NCBI GenBank assembly: GCA_041665845.1
Contig: JBAYIC010000007.1
Coordinates: 3,046-67,045, forward strand
From: Patescibacteria group bacterium
GTDB taxonomy: Bacteria; Patescibacteriota; Patescibacteriia; Patescibacteriales; UBA12465
Length of the DNA stretch: 64,000 nucleotides
Direction of reading: 5' to 3'
Positions 1-9,634 of the stretch are shown piece by piece. Every line of letters starts with the position of its first letter. Position 1 is the stretch's first letter. The notes under the pieces are model-generated. The model did no database searches, was not told the DNA's origin, and worked only from the letters and a program-made list of their open reading frames with translations. The translations under genes were made by a program, and so were the position numbers.

Positions 1-5
1 TATTA

Positions 6-734
6 TTGTTATTATCAGCGATTACGATGGTTATGATTGCATTGATTATGCTTACCTCCGTGCCAGTAGTACAAGGCGAAAAAAGTGACATTACACAGCA
101 AATCACACAACAATCCACCCAATTGGTAAACACACCGGTTCAAATTTCAAACATTGATGCTACAGCTCTAAACTGGAATTGGAATGAAAACTACACGACA
201 ACAACGACAAGCAAAGGCGATATGTTGATGTTATCAGGCACAAAATTGAAAGAGAACTATTCGATGCTTACAACTTCTTCCGGATCCAACCTGGCCAGCA
301 CAAACTGTTTACAAGCGGCAACGAAATCATTATCATTCACTACAGATCCGCAGTATTTTGCATGGTACGATGGCATGATGATTGAGATGGCAACTACAAA
401 TTTAAAGAATTCAGAACTAGCATTAAGCAGGGTAAACTCTTTAAATAACATGAAGACTATTGATACGGGTGAAACCACACAGACTGATGCAATGAATCAA
501 ATTGAAACGACTACAGGTTTGAAAGATGGTGTGATGGCAGCTATTGATACGGGCACTTTCCTTAACACTGCAACTACACTGACAAATGCAATGAATCCGT
601 TTGATGGAATTACCGATTTTGCAATGATGCGACCCGAACAGGCAACAAATTTTTCAAATACAACTGTTTGTATTAGCTGGATGAATTTTGCCGCTTATGC
701 CGATGCCGGAGCCTTCAACCAAACGTATATATAA
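6..734 (+). CDS. Secreted/surface Thr/Asn-rich hypothetical protein (start uncertain at window edge)
   Basis: ORF track. N-terminal hydrophobic signal-like segment (ITMVMIALIMLTSVPVVQG) is followed by low-complexity T/N/S-rich sequence. Confidence 0.5.
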   Translation: MLLSAITMVMIALIMLTSVPVVQGEKSDITQQITQQSTQLVNTPVQISNIDATALNWNWNENYTTTTTSKGDMLMLSGTKLKENYSMLTTSSGSNLASTNCLQAATKSLSFTTDPQYFAWYDGMMIEMATTNLKNSELALSRVNSLNNMKTIDTGETTQTDAMNQIETTTGLKDGVMAAIDTGTFLNTATTLTNAMNPFDGITDFAMMRPEQATNFSNTTVCISWMNFAAYADAGAFNQTYI

Positions 735-813
735 TGGTTTAAGGCGATATTACTTTTAAAAAAAATTAAAAACAAAAAACAAAATTTTCTCAAAAAACTT
801 GCTTGCTGCAAAA

Positions 814-842
814 GAGACGTTCCGTTGGTTCGTCTTTTTTTC
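814..842 (+). terminator. Possible intrinsic terminator
   Basis: Short stem agacg(815-819)/cgtct(831-835) followed by a T-run, just after the 6..734 ORF. Confidence 0.35.
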
Positions 843-866
843 TTGGTCAAAATTTTTATCTCTCGG

Positions 867-1358
867 TTAAATTCCTAACCTCATTTTATATTCTTGATTA
901 ATTTGATAGTCCGTCGGACTTAATAAACGAGGAGCCGAAAAACTATGAGAATATCTATAATAGATTGAATAATATTTAAATTGGTAATGGTTAATAAAAA
1001 CGTCAGTTACTAAATGTACCGCACCAGCAAAGGCGAGTGTGAGAAAGATTATTTTTAATACTTTTTTTTCTCTAAAAATCCATCCTAAAAACAAAAGAAT
1101 CGGAAAATACTCCCAGGCATGAAAAAATATTCTAATTTTATCAGTTGTTAAGAATTGTCTACTTTCGATAAAATACTGAGCATTAAATTGAAAGCCATAA
1201 ACTAAAAAATATTCCAAAACATGATCCATGTCTATTAAAAAACCGCCAGTGATGCCCATAATAATGCCCAACCAAACATGTTTAAATCGTCGACCAAAAT
1301 AAAAACCAACCAGAACCGCTAAAATAAAATGGATAATCAAATGAATATATAAAGGCAT
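867..1358 (-). CDS. Polytopic membrane protein, possibly YdjM/DUF457-like membrane-bound metal-dependent hydrolase
   Basis: ORF track. Several TM segments with conserved His/Asp (DMDHVLEY, FFHAWEY). Family assignment is from memory only. Confidence 0.4.
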   Translation of the reverse strand: MPLYIHLIIHFILAVLVGFYFGRRFKHVWLGIIMGITGGFLIDMDHVLEYFLVYGFQFNAQYFIESRQFLTTDKIRIFFHAWEYFPILLFLGWIFREKKVLKIIFLTLAFAGAVHLVTDVFINHYQFKYYSIYYRYSHSFSAPRLLSPTDYQINQEYKMRLGI

Positions 1359-1363
1359 AAAAT

Positions 1364-3454
1364 TTATTTTTTATTACTAAAATACCAATTCAAAATATCA
1401 TAAGCAATCGGAACGGAAATAGCGCTTCCTTCGATTCCCTCTTCAACTAAAACAGTAATTGCTAATTCTGGTTTTTCATAAGGGGCAAAACCAATAAACC
1501 AAGCATGATTTGCTTTTTTACTTGACCACTGTGCGGTACCGGTTTTACCAGCCGAAGTTACTGGTAAAGAGCTTAGATAACGACCACTACCGATGGTAAC
1601 CGTCTGGCGCATGCCCTCTCTTACTATGTTCATATTCTGAGAATCAATAAAATCTTTTCTCATAATTTTTGGTACTATCTCTTGAATAACCTGATTATTA
1701 CTATCTAGTATTTTAGAAACTAGGTGCGGTTCATAAATCGTCCCGCCATTTGCAAACGCCGCCGTATAATTAGCGACTTGAAGTGGCGTAACAATCACAT
1801 CTCCTTGGCCAATTGAAAAATGATAGGTATCACCGATATACCAAGGCTCTTTTTTAGTTTGTTCTTTCCAAACGGCTGTTGGTACAAAACCTTTTGCTTC
1901 GCCGTTTAAATCTATTCCCGTTACCTCGCCCAAACCAAAAAGTTTAGAATACTTTATTAAGCCGGTTAACCCTAAACCTTTAAAATCTCCATAACCGCCG
2001 CCAATATAATAAAAAAAGGTATTAACTGAAAAGGCAATGGCTTTTCTAACATCAGTTACCCCATGGCCACCAGCCTTCCAATCAGGGAAAAACCACTCGC
2101 CTATTCTCAAGCCTCCATTACTTAAAAAACTAGTAGTTTCGTTAATAATTCCTTCTTGTAAAGCGCCGGCGGCAAAAAGCGGTTTGATGGTTGAACCCGA
2201 AGGAAACTCGCCGCTGATTGAACGATTGAAAAGCGGCTGATCAGGATCAATTAAGAATTTATTATAATCAGATTGAGATATACCCATGGCAAATAAATTA
2301 TTATTATAAGTCGGTAGACTCACCATAGCTAATATCTCTCCGTTATTAGGGTTGATGATAATAACTGAGGCACGCTTAAAGTTACCTTTTTCTAAATAAG
2401 TCCTCGTTATCTCTTCCGTTTTTTTCTGTAACTCAAGATCTAGAGATAAAAGTAGATTAAACCCGTCCTGAGCCGGAACTTCGTTAATAATCTTCTTGTG
2501 GCGCCCCAGGGCATCAACTTCAATATTTTTTCGCCCCCCCTCTCCTTTTAATTCATTTTCCCAATAATATTCAATTCCAACTTTACCAATATAATCAATC
2601 ATTGAATATTTTTTACCCATTTTTTTAAGTTCTTGGCCACTAATTTTTCCTGTATATCCTAAAACATGCGATAAACTACTAATCGTTGATATCTCTGGAC
2701 CGATTACTCCTGAGGTAAGATATTCTCTTCTTATTTTATTGGTTAAAAAAACACCCGGCCATTGAGGGAGTTTTAAATAAATAAGCATCGCCTTATCGTA
2801 ATCAATATTGTCTTGAATAAAAAGTGGCTGATAAGATTCGAGCGATCCTATTTTTACGGAGGATAAAGAATCTTTTACTTTATAAAAAGATGAGTTATCG
2901 GAAATTAAACTAAATTTACTAGAATCGGTTGAAGTAGAAACAATAGGAATAGACGCTTTTTCTGTTTCAACATCGCCTAATACAAAACTTATTTCTCTGA
3001 TTAAATTATCGCGCGCGAGTTCATTTCGCGGTAAATCAATCGGGCGTAAATATAAAACAAAATTAGCTTTATTTCTCACCAGAGGCTGCATATTTTTATC
3101 ATAAACAATTCCTCGCTTAGGTTCGATAATTTCCGCTCGCAATCGATTATCTTCTGATAATAAATAATAGTATTGATTTTTTATAATTTGCAACCAAATT
3201 GTCCGAGCGAGTAAAATAGCTAAAATTAGGAGAGCAATAAAAGCAAAATATTTTAACCTTTTAAAATTAAAGCTTCTAGTTACTATTTCTTTACTGCTGT
3301 TATCGGATAAAAAAGACTGCTCTGTCCAATCCGAATAATAAACTGAATCTTTTAATTGGCCAAATTTAAACCGACCCTCTTTAATAGCAAATGGATCAGA
3401 ATCTCTATCTTGTAGCGCTTCTAAGAGCCTTTTTTGTTTAATATTACCAGACAT
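1364..3454 (-). CDS. Class B penicillin-binding protein (PBP2/FtsI-type transpeptidase)
   Basis: N-terminal TM anchor plus the transpeptidase motifs SxxK (GSTIKP), SxN (FSVNT) and KTG (GKTGTA). Confidence 0.85.
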   Translation of the reverse strand: MSGNIKQKRLLEALQDRDSDPFAIKEGRFKFGQLKDSVYYSDWTEQSFLSDNSSKEIVTRSFNFKRLKYFAFIALLILAILLARTIWLQIIKNQYYYLLSEDNRLRAEIIEPKRGIVYDKNMQPLVRNKANFVLYLRPIDLPRNELARDNLIREISFVLGDVETEKASIPIVSTSTDSSKFSLISDNSSFYKVKDSLSSVKIGSLESYQPLFIQDNIDYDKAMLIYLKLPQWPGVFLTNKIRREYLTSGVIGPEISTISSLSHVLGYTGKISGQELKKMGKKYSMIDYIGKVGIEYYWENELKGEGGRKNIEVDALGRHKKIINEVPAQDGFNLLLSLDLELQKKTEEITRTYLEKGNFKRASVIIINPNNGEILAMVSLPTYNNNLFAMGISQSDYNKFLIDPDQPLFNRSISGEFPSGSTIKPLFAAGALQEGIINETTSFLSNGGLRIGEWFFPDWKAGGHGVTDVRKAIAFSVNTFFYYIGGGYGDFKGLGLTGLIKYSKLFGLGEVTGIDLNGEAKGFVPTAVWKEQTKKEPWYIGDTYHFSIGQGDVIVTPLQVANYTAAFANGGTIYEPHLVSKILDSNNQVIQEIVPKIMRKDFIDSQNMNIVREGMRQTVTIGSGRYLSSLPVTSAGKTGTAQWSSKKANHAWFIGFAPYEKPELAITVLVEEGIEGSAISVPIAYDILNWYFSNKK

Positions 3455-3632
3455 TAAATTATAGATATTACAATCTTAATTAAATCTTAACTCGAATTAC
3501 ATATAAAGGCAAACTTCGGGAATTAAACCAATATTCCTTATTTTATGAGTTTATTTTTAGTTTATCTTTTTTATTATATAATATAAGTACTTTTAAAAGA
3601 GCCTTGTTATTGGAAGGAATTAAAATAAAAAT

Positions 3633-4304
3633 ATGAAAGTCTTATTAATTGAAGATGACCAAGATATCACAGCCTCGCTTACTTCTTTTTTTAAAGAAAA
3701 CAATATTATTTTGGATATTGCAAACGACGGAGAACGCGGATCCTGGTTATCTTTAATTAACGATTACGACCTCATCCTTTCAGATTATAATTTACCAAAA
3801 ATGAATGGAAAAGAAATTATTGATAAAATGCGGAATGAAGGAAAATCAACGCCCGTTATTATGCTCACCGTCCGTACCGATTTGGAAGATAAAATAGATA
3901 TTTTAAGAATCGGGGCAGATGATTATCTAACAAAACCGTTTTCTTTTTGTGAACTTCTAGCGAGAATGCAAGCAATTTCCAGAAGGCCATTAAAATTAAA
4001 CGAAAAGAAAATGTTTATTAAAGATTTGGAGCTTGATACTGAAAAATTTAGTGTTAAAAAAGGGGGGCGAAATATAAACTTACGAGCGAAAGAATTCTCT
4101 CTCCTGGAATATCTGATGAGGCGTAAAGGCTGTTTTCTTTCAAGACAAGAAATAATGGAACATGTCTGGGATGAGAATGCTGATCCATTTTCAAATACAA
4201 TTGAAGTTCATATTATGAATCTCCGCCGCAAAATCGAAACTAAAAAAGAGCGTTTTATTTTTACCGTTTCCAATCGTGGTTATAAAATAGACGAAAAAAG
4301 ATAA
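3633..4304 (+). CDS. OmpR-family response regulator
   Basis: Receiver domain (EDD, LILSDYNLP, LTKPF) followed by a winged-helix DNA-binding C-terminus (NTIEVHIMNLRRKI...RGYKI). Confidence 0.9.
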   Translation: MKVLLIEDDQDITASLTSFFKENNIILDIANDGERGSWLSLINDYDLILSDYNLPKMNGKEIIDKMRNEGKSTPVIMLTVRTDLEDKIDILRIGADDYLTKPFSFCELLARMQAISRRPLKLNEKKMFIKDLELDTEKFSVKKGGRNINLRAKEFSLLEYLMRRKGCFLSRQEIMEHVWDENADPFSNTIEVHIMNLRRKIETKKERFIFTVSNRGYKIDEKR

Positions 4305-4343
4305 TCTTGCAAGATTAAATAATTAATTATTAATCAAAAAAAC

Positions 4344-4454
4344 ATGAAAAACAACAACAAAAAAACCGCCCGTCGCTACCGACTTGCCCGTTTAGCACCG
4401 CTTGCTATAATTCTCGCTGGATTTTTAAATCCTGGAACTCCTTGGCGCGATTAA
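4344..4454 (+). CDS. Possible 36-aa small ORF (MKNNNKKTARRYRLARLAPLAIILAGFLNPGTPWRD) between the RR and HK genes
   Basis: ATG..TAA frame found by hand and below the ORF-track cutoff. It is locally GC-rich with a hydrophobic core. No clear SD sequence. Confidence 0.3.
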   Translation: MKNNNKKTARRYRLARLAPLAIILAGFLNPGTPWRD

Positions 4455-4458
4455 CAAA

Positions 4459-4487
4459 AGCGCCCTCACAAAAAGAGGGCGCTTTTT
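4459..4487 (+). terminator. Intrinsic terminator between the RR and HK genes
   Basis: 9-bp GC-rich stem agcgccctc/gagggcgct with a 7-nt loop and a T5 run. Confidence 0.7.
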
Positions 4488-4501
4488 AAAAACAAAATCA
4501 T

Positions 4502-5872
4502 ATGATTAAACAGTTCATATCACCAAAGAGTAAAGACGAAGATTTAGCTAGGAAAGAGTTAATCCTTAATATTCTAATTTTTTTCTCTATTATCTGTTTT
4601 TCAATCTTAAATATTATTAGGATTATCGATCTAATAAGCAATGAAAACGACCGAGGGCTCCCTTTTATTTTTACTCTCATAATTCTTGGCTTTTTTATTT
4701 TTCTATTTATCCTTTCAAGAAAAGGATTTATTAAACTCGCTTCTTGGTTAATCATTATTATCTACTCCATCCCTATGATTTATTCTTTCTTAGCATGGGG
4801 AGCTGATTTGCCAGCCGCTTTACTAATGGGAGTTCTAATCATAACTTTCTTTGGCGTTTTAATGGGCGCTAAAATCGCAGTTATTAGTGCGGCTATTTTA
4901 AATATTTTCTTAATAATTATTACTCATCTTCAAACAACAAATAAAATCCATTTAAACAATTATTGGCGAGCAGAAAAACATGAATTAAGCGATGCAATTA
5001 CCTATGCCGTTTTAATGATGATTATAACGGTTATCGTTTGGATATTTGATAAACAAATGGAGCGAGCCTTAACAAGAGCTAATACAAGTGAAAAGGCCCT
5101 GATCAAAGAACGAGACGAGTTAGAAGTAAAAGTCGAAGAAAGAACCGCTCAGATAAGAGGGTTAGAAGCAGATAAAATGAATCAACTCTACCGTTTAGCG
5201 GAATTCGGGCGTCTTTCTTCAGGAGTATTTCACGATTTAATAAATCCCCTAACAGCAGTTTCTCTTAATTTAGAACAGATAAAAAATGAGGATAAAAATA
5301 ATTTAAATAACGTAAAGGATTATCTTTCTCAAGCTATTACCGCTTCGCATAAGATGGAAGATCTGATTGCTTGTATCAAGCGGTCGCTTAGACAAGAAAG
5401 TTTAAAAACTATTTTTTCTCCAAAAGAAGAAATTGATTCGGTCATTAAAATACTAAGTTATAAATCAAGAAAGGCCGGAGTTGAATTATCCTTTGAAACT
5501 ACTGAAGAAAAAAAGTTTTACGGAGACCCAGTGAAATTCAGTCAAGTTATAATTAATTTAATTTCTAATAGCATAGACGCTTGCGAAATGAAACAAAATT
5601 CAAATTCTCAAAAAATTAATATTAGTCTTCTTTATAATGATAGCCAAATGATTTTAAAAATTTGCGATCAGGGAGCAGGAATTGCTACTGAAAATATAGA
5701 AAGAATATTCCAACCTTTCTTCAGTACGAAAAACGGCCGTGGTTTTGGTTTGGGCTTATCATCAACTAAAAACATAGTCGAAAAAGAATTTTGTGGCTCA
5801 ATTGATGTTAAAAGTATCATTGGCCAAGAAACAATCTTTACTATTATAATCCCCTTATCATATGCCGATTGA
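4502..5872 (+). CDS. Sensor histidine kinase
   Basis: Multi-TM N-terminus, coiled coil, H-box (SGVFHDLINPL) and HATPase_c motifs (NLISNSIDA, DQGAGI, GRGFGLGL). Confidence 0.85.
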   Translation: MIKQFISPKSKDEDLARKELILNILIFFSIICFSILNIIRIIDLISNENDRGLPFIFTLIILGFFIFLFILSRKGFIKLASWLIIIIYSIPMIYSFLAWGADLPAALLMGVLIITFFGVLMGAKIAVISAAILNIFLIIITHLQTTNKIHLNNYWRAEKHELSDAITYAVLMMIITVIVWIFDKQMERALTRANTSEKALIKERDELEVKVEERTAQIRGLEADKMNQLYRLAEFGRLSSGVFHDLINPLTAVSLNLEQIKNEDKNNLNNVKDYLSQAITASHKMEDLIACIKRSLRQESLKTIFSPKEEIDSVIKILSYKSRKAGVELSFETTEEKKFYGDPVKFSQVIINLISNSIDACEMKQNSNSQKINISLLYNDSQMILKICDQGAGIATENIERIFQPFFSTKNGRGFGLGLSSTKNIVEKEFCGSIDVKSIIGQETIFTIIIPLSYAD

Positions 5873-6680
5873 AAAAACTTACTATTGGCCAACTTGGCTA
5901 TTTGACTCTTTTAATAGCAGTCTTAAAGACGAAACCCAAAAATGCCTTTTTGGCCAAGCGCAAACGCACCTTTGGCGAGCACTTAATATTTATGATGATT
6001 TTTTAGATAACGAAGGAGAGCCAAAAGAATTATCATCAGCGAATTATCATTTTAGAAGTTTTTTAAAAATAATATATACCGCTAAGCTACCAAAATACTT
6101 TTATCTTTGGGCGGAAAATAAACTATTAATTTTAGAAAAGGCTAATAAGCTAGAAGTTTCAACGAGAATTACTCTTATAAACGAAGGGATAATAACTATT
6201 CCTAAAAGTTTGCCTCATTTTAATAACCTCACAAAATTATCAGAAAAGTCTTTAGCCTTAGCAATCGCCCCCGTTGCCCTTTTAATTAAAAACGGAATAA
6301 TTAAAGAAAATAAAGAACTAAAAATTATCAATGATTTCTTTAAGTATGGGTTAGCCGCGAAACAACTATCAGATGATGCTAGTGATTGGCTGGAAGATTT
6401 AAAAAATAATACAATTACTGCCGTAAATGTTTTAATTTTAAAAGAAGCAAAAAACAAAAAAATAAAACTTAATATTAACAGAAGACCGGAAATTTTATAT
6501 CTTCTCTTTATAGAAGCTGTTGCTGGAAAAACCTGTTACAATATTTTAAATCTTTGTGCAAAGGCAAAAAAAGAAGCAGCAAAACTTGGACTTGAAAACC
6601 AGGCGCCAATAATTCTCAAACTAATTAAACCGCTAGAAACAGCGGCTCAAAAAGCCTTAAACTTTAAAAAGATGCTATAA
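5862..6680 (+). CDS. Hypothetical all-alpha protein with two DDxxD motifs (divergent class I isoprenoid-synthase-like?)
   Basis: DDFLD at residues 45-49 and GLAAKQLSDDASD at 163-175, about 126 aa apart as in trans-prenyl synthases. It overlaps the HK stop by 11 nt and precedes a GT2 gene. Confidence 0.4.
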   Translation: MPIEKTYYWPTWLFDSFNSSLKDETQKCLFGQAQTHLWRALNIYDDFLDNEGEPKELSSANYHFRSFLKIIYTAKLPKYFYLWAENKLLILEKANKLEVSTRITLINEGIITIPKSLPHFNNLTKLSEKSLALAIAPVALLIKNGIIKENKELKIINDFFKYGLAAKQLSDDASDWLEDLKNNTITAVNVLILKEAKNKKIKLNINRRPEILYLLFIEAVAGKTCYNILNLCAKAKKEAAKLGLENQAPIILKLIKPLETAAQKALNFKKML

Positions 6681-6687
6681 TAAAATT

Positions 6688-7371
6688 ATGGATAAAATAT
6701 TATCAATCATAGTCCCAATATATAATGAGGAGAATCTAGTCGCAGAATCTTTACCGGCTATTTTTGAGCTACCAATTAACAAAGAAATAATCATAGTTAA
6801 TGACGGATCGGATGACCGCACTCCGATTTTACTAGAAAAATTAAAGAAACAATATGATTTTACTCTTATCCATCAGGAATCGAATAAAGGCAAGGGCGCG
6901 GCGGTAAAAAGAGGCTTAGAGGAAATGAAGGGTGATTATTTTATAATTTGCGATGCCGATCTAGAATATAATCCTCAAGAAATATGTAAACTTTTTAAAG
7001 AAGCAAAACAATCAAACAACGAAAAAATTGTAATTTATGGTTCTCGTTTTAAAAACGTTAATAAAATTTCTTTTCATTATCTAATCAATGCCTTCTTAAC
7101 CGGCTTAACCAATCTTCTTTTTAAAACAAACCTAACGGATATGGAAACTTGCTTTAAACTAGTCCCGGCTACTGCTTTGAAAAAAATTAGTTTAAGCGGA
7201 CAAAGATTCGAAATCGAACCAGAGATAACGGCTCGGCTTTTAAAGGCTGACTATAAGATTATTGAGTTTCCTATTAGCTATAGCCGTCGTAATTATCGCG
7301 AGGGTAAAAAAATAACCGCCAAAGACGGGATTTTAGCGGTTATAACATTAATAAAAGAAAAACTAGCGTAG
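6688..7371 (+). CDS. Family 2 glycosyltransferase (polyprenyl-phosphate sugar synthase-like)
   Basis: Motifs IVPIYNEE, NDGSDDRT and the CDADLEY DxD motif. Confidence 0.85.
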   Translation: MDKILSIIVPIYNEENLVAESLPAIFELPINKEIIIVNDGSDDRTPILLEKLKKQYDFTLIHQESNKGKGAAVKRGLEEMKGDYFIICDADLEYNPQEICKLFKEAKQSNNEKIVIYGSRFKNVNKISFHYLINAFLTGLTNLLFKTNLTDMETCFKLVPATALKKISLSGQRFEIEPEITARLLKADYKIIEFPISYSRRNYREGKKITAKDGILAVITLIKEKLA

Positions 7372-7388
7372 CAATAGTAAATCAAATT

Positions 7389-9419
7389 CTAATTAAGCGG
7401 CAATTCCCCGCTTTTTTTTAAATCCTCAACTTGGTTTAAGTAATATAAAGCGTCTACATCATGTCTATTTATTTTTTTTGCTTGGTGCCAATAATACTGA
7501 GCATTTTTATAGTCAGCTAATTGCCAATATACCAAGGCTAATCGGCTATATACTCCAGGAGTATTTTCTTCAATCTTCAAACTTCGAATAAAATAATCTA
7601 TTGATTTTAATAAAGACTCTCGGTTGGAAGAATTAGCATATAAATAAGCGAGCGAAAGCACTGCTCTTCCATTTCGCGGTTTAGCAATCATGATTTGATT
7701 ATATATTTCTCCGGCTAAATCAGGTTGACCAAAACTTTGAGCTAGGTCTGCTAGATTAAATTTAGATTTGAAATCTGAATTATCCGATAATTCGCGCAAC
7801 CTACTTCTAAATTTCCAAGTATCAATTGCGTATTTATTCAATATTTCGGAAGAAGTATTTGATTTGAAAGATAAAATAACATAATAACGATCAAAATAAA
7901 TCAAAGTCCAATCTTTATCTTGTAAAATCCTAGTCAAAAATTCTCGGCCCCAAGGAGTCGAATCAGTGTAAGAAAAATAAACCGTCTTAAACTTATACTG
8001 CTCTAGGTATTTTTTCCATTGCCCTTCGTTTTGTTGCATTGGCAAATAGATCTCGGTAAAAAACCGACTACTATAAGCTTCTGGACGATTATCAACAAAA
8101 ACTTTCTGTGTTGGCGCTAAGCCAAAAATAAGGGCGCTACCGGCATCATAATTATTAAAAATTGGGCCGCTCACTCCATTGTCTTTAAAGAATTGGAAAG
8201 AATCTTCGCTTCCAATTCGTAAACCTAAACCAAATTCTCCTTTCAAAAAATTATGACGGCCGGAATAATCAGCAATAAAATATATAATTACAAAAAAAAT
8301 GAAACTGATTACCAGCACAAAAATATACCATCTTCTAAAACCAGAAAATTTTGGAAAAATAATAAAAAATTTAGATTTCAAAAAAATAAGTGGCTGATAA
8401 ATCCCTGCCCCAATTAAAACTAAAGCAACCAAACCAAATAAAGCAATGTTTCTAGAAGCAAACAAGGCGAATAGAGAGAAAAACAATCCTAAAAATGAAT
8501 TAAACCAGCGGATTTTTTTGGTAAAAAACCAAGTTGATATAAAACTTATCAACAAAAGAATTAAAACTAATTTAAAAATCTGAAAATTATAATTTAACAT
8601 TAAATCATCTAGGAAAAATATGCTTTTATTTTCAGCTATTTGATAACCGTAGTTTTTAAAAATATTTAAAGGGTAGAGCAAACCAAAAATATGGTTAGGC
8701 GTAATAATACAAACAACAATAATTAATAAGAAATCGATAATCTGAGATTTAACTGCTAACAAAGATCCATGCGCCCTTTTTTTAAATTCTCCCAATTGAA
8801 TAACAAAATTAAGCAAAAATTTTTCGATCAACTTAAGCGCAATTAGAATTAAACCAATAAAAAAATAGATATGAATATTAGCCCAGAGAACAAAGAGCGG
8901 AATTAGAATAAAAAGACGTTTTTTCCTAGAAAAATTTTTATTCTCTAACACTAACCAAGTTAAGGCTAAAAATAGATAACTGAAAATCTCCGGACGGATT
9001 TCGACCCGTTCACTAAACAAGAAAATAATGGGAATCGCTAAAATAGCCGCAATTAAAAAACTAGCTTTCTTTTGCGCTAATTTAAAAAAAGCGAAAAAAG
9101 TTAACACCGCTAATAGAATATTGAAAAGAGAAAGGAGCTTAAATCCTCCCAAAAAGTAAACCGCGTAAAAAATTACTCCCGCCAACCAATGGTGATTAAT
9201 AAAACGTGTTTCCGGTTCAGTATAAGAATAGAAATTTTTAAATAAAACATCTCTATTTTCAAATACTAGACGCCCATTTTCTAAATGGCGGCCAAGATCG
9301 ACCGCCGAAAATTCTATTTTCTGGGCAAAGACAATAACCACGAGCAGAAACAAACCAAATAAAACTAAGGCCTTTAGTAGCTTTTCTGGATCACGCAAAT
9401 TTTTGAACATTTTAAGCAT
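7389..9419 (-). CDS. Large polytopic membrane protein with C-terminal TPR repeats
   Basis: More than 10 predicted TM helices, then TPR-like repeats (AYLYANSS..., ALVYWQLADYKNAQYYW...). Confidence 0.65.
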   Translation of the reverse strand: MLKMFKNLRDPEKLLKALVLFGLFLLVVIVFAQKIEFSAVDLGRHLENGRLVFENRDVLFKNFYSYTEPETRFINHHWLAGVIFYAVYFLGGFKLLSLFNILLAVLTFFAFFKLAQKKASFLIAAILAIPIIFLFSERVEIRPEIFSYLFLALTWLVLENKNFSRKKRLFILIPLFVLWANIHIYFFIGLILIALKLIEKFLLNFVIQLGEFKKRAHGSLLAVKSQIIDFLLIIVVCIITPNHIFGLLYPLNIFKNYGYQIAENKSIFFLDDLMLNYNFQIFKLVLILLLISFISTWFFTKKIRWFNSFLGLFFSLFALFASRNIALFGLVALVLIGAGIYQPLIFLKSKFFIIFPKFSGFRRWYIFVLVISFIFFVIIYFIADYSGRHNFLKGEFGLGLRIGSEDSFQFFKDNGVSGPIFNNYDAGSALIFGLAPTQKVFVDNRPEAYSSRFFTEIYLPMQQNEGQWKKYLEQYKFKTVYFSYTDSTPWGREFLTRILQDKDWTLIYFDRYYVILSFKSNTSSEILNKYAIDTWKFRSRLRELSDNSDFKSKFNLADLAQSFGQPDLAGEIYNQIMIAKPRNGRAVLSLAYLYANSSNRESLLKSIDYFIRSLKIEENTPGVYSRLALVYWQLADYKNAQYYWHQAKKINRHDVDALYYLNQVEDLKKSGELPLN

Positions 9420-9634
9420 AAAACGATATCGGGAAAAGACCTTATATTATATCTTATCCTATAATCTCCTACAAATATCTAATTTTGTCAATTATATCAC
9501 ATATTTTATAACTTTGCTAAACATAATTTTACTAAACTGAGTATTTCACTAATATTGATGATTCCTTAATTTGACGCTTCTTGCTTACAAACATATAATT
9601 AATAGGTATCCATAAATATTAAATCCGTGCAGTT

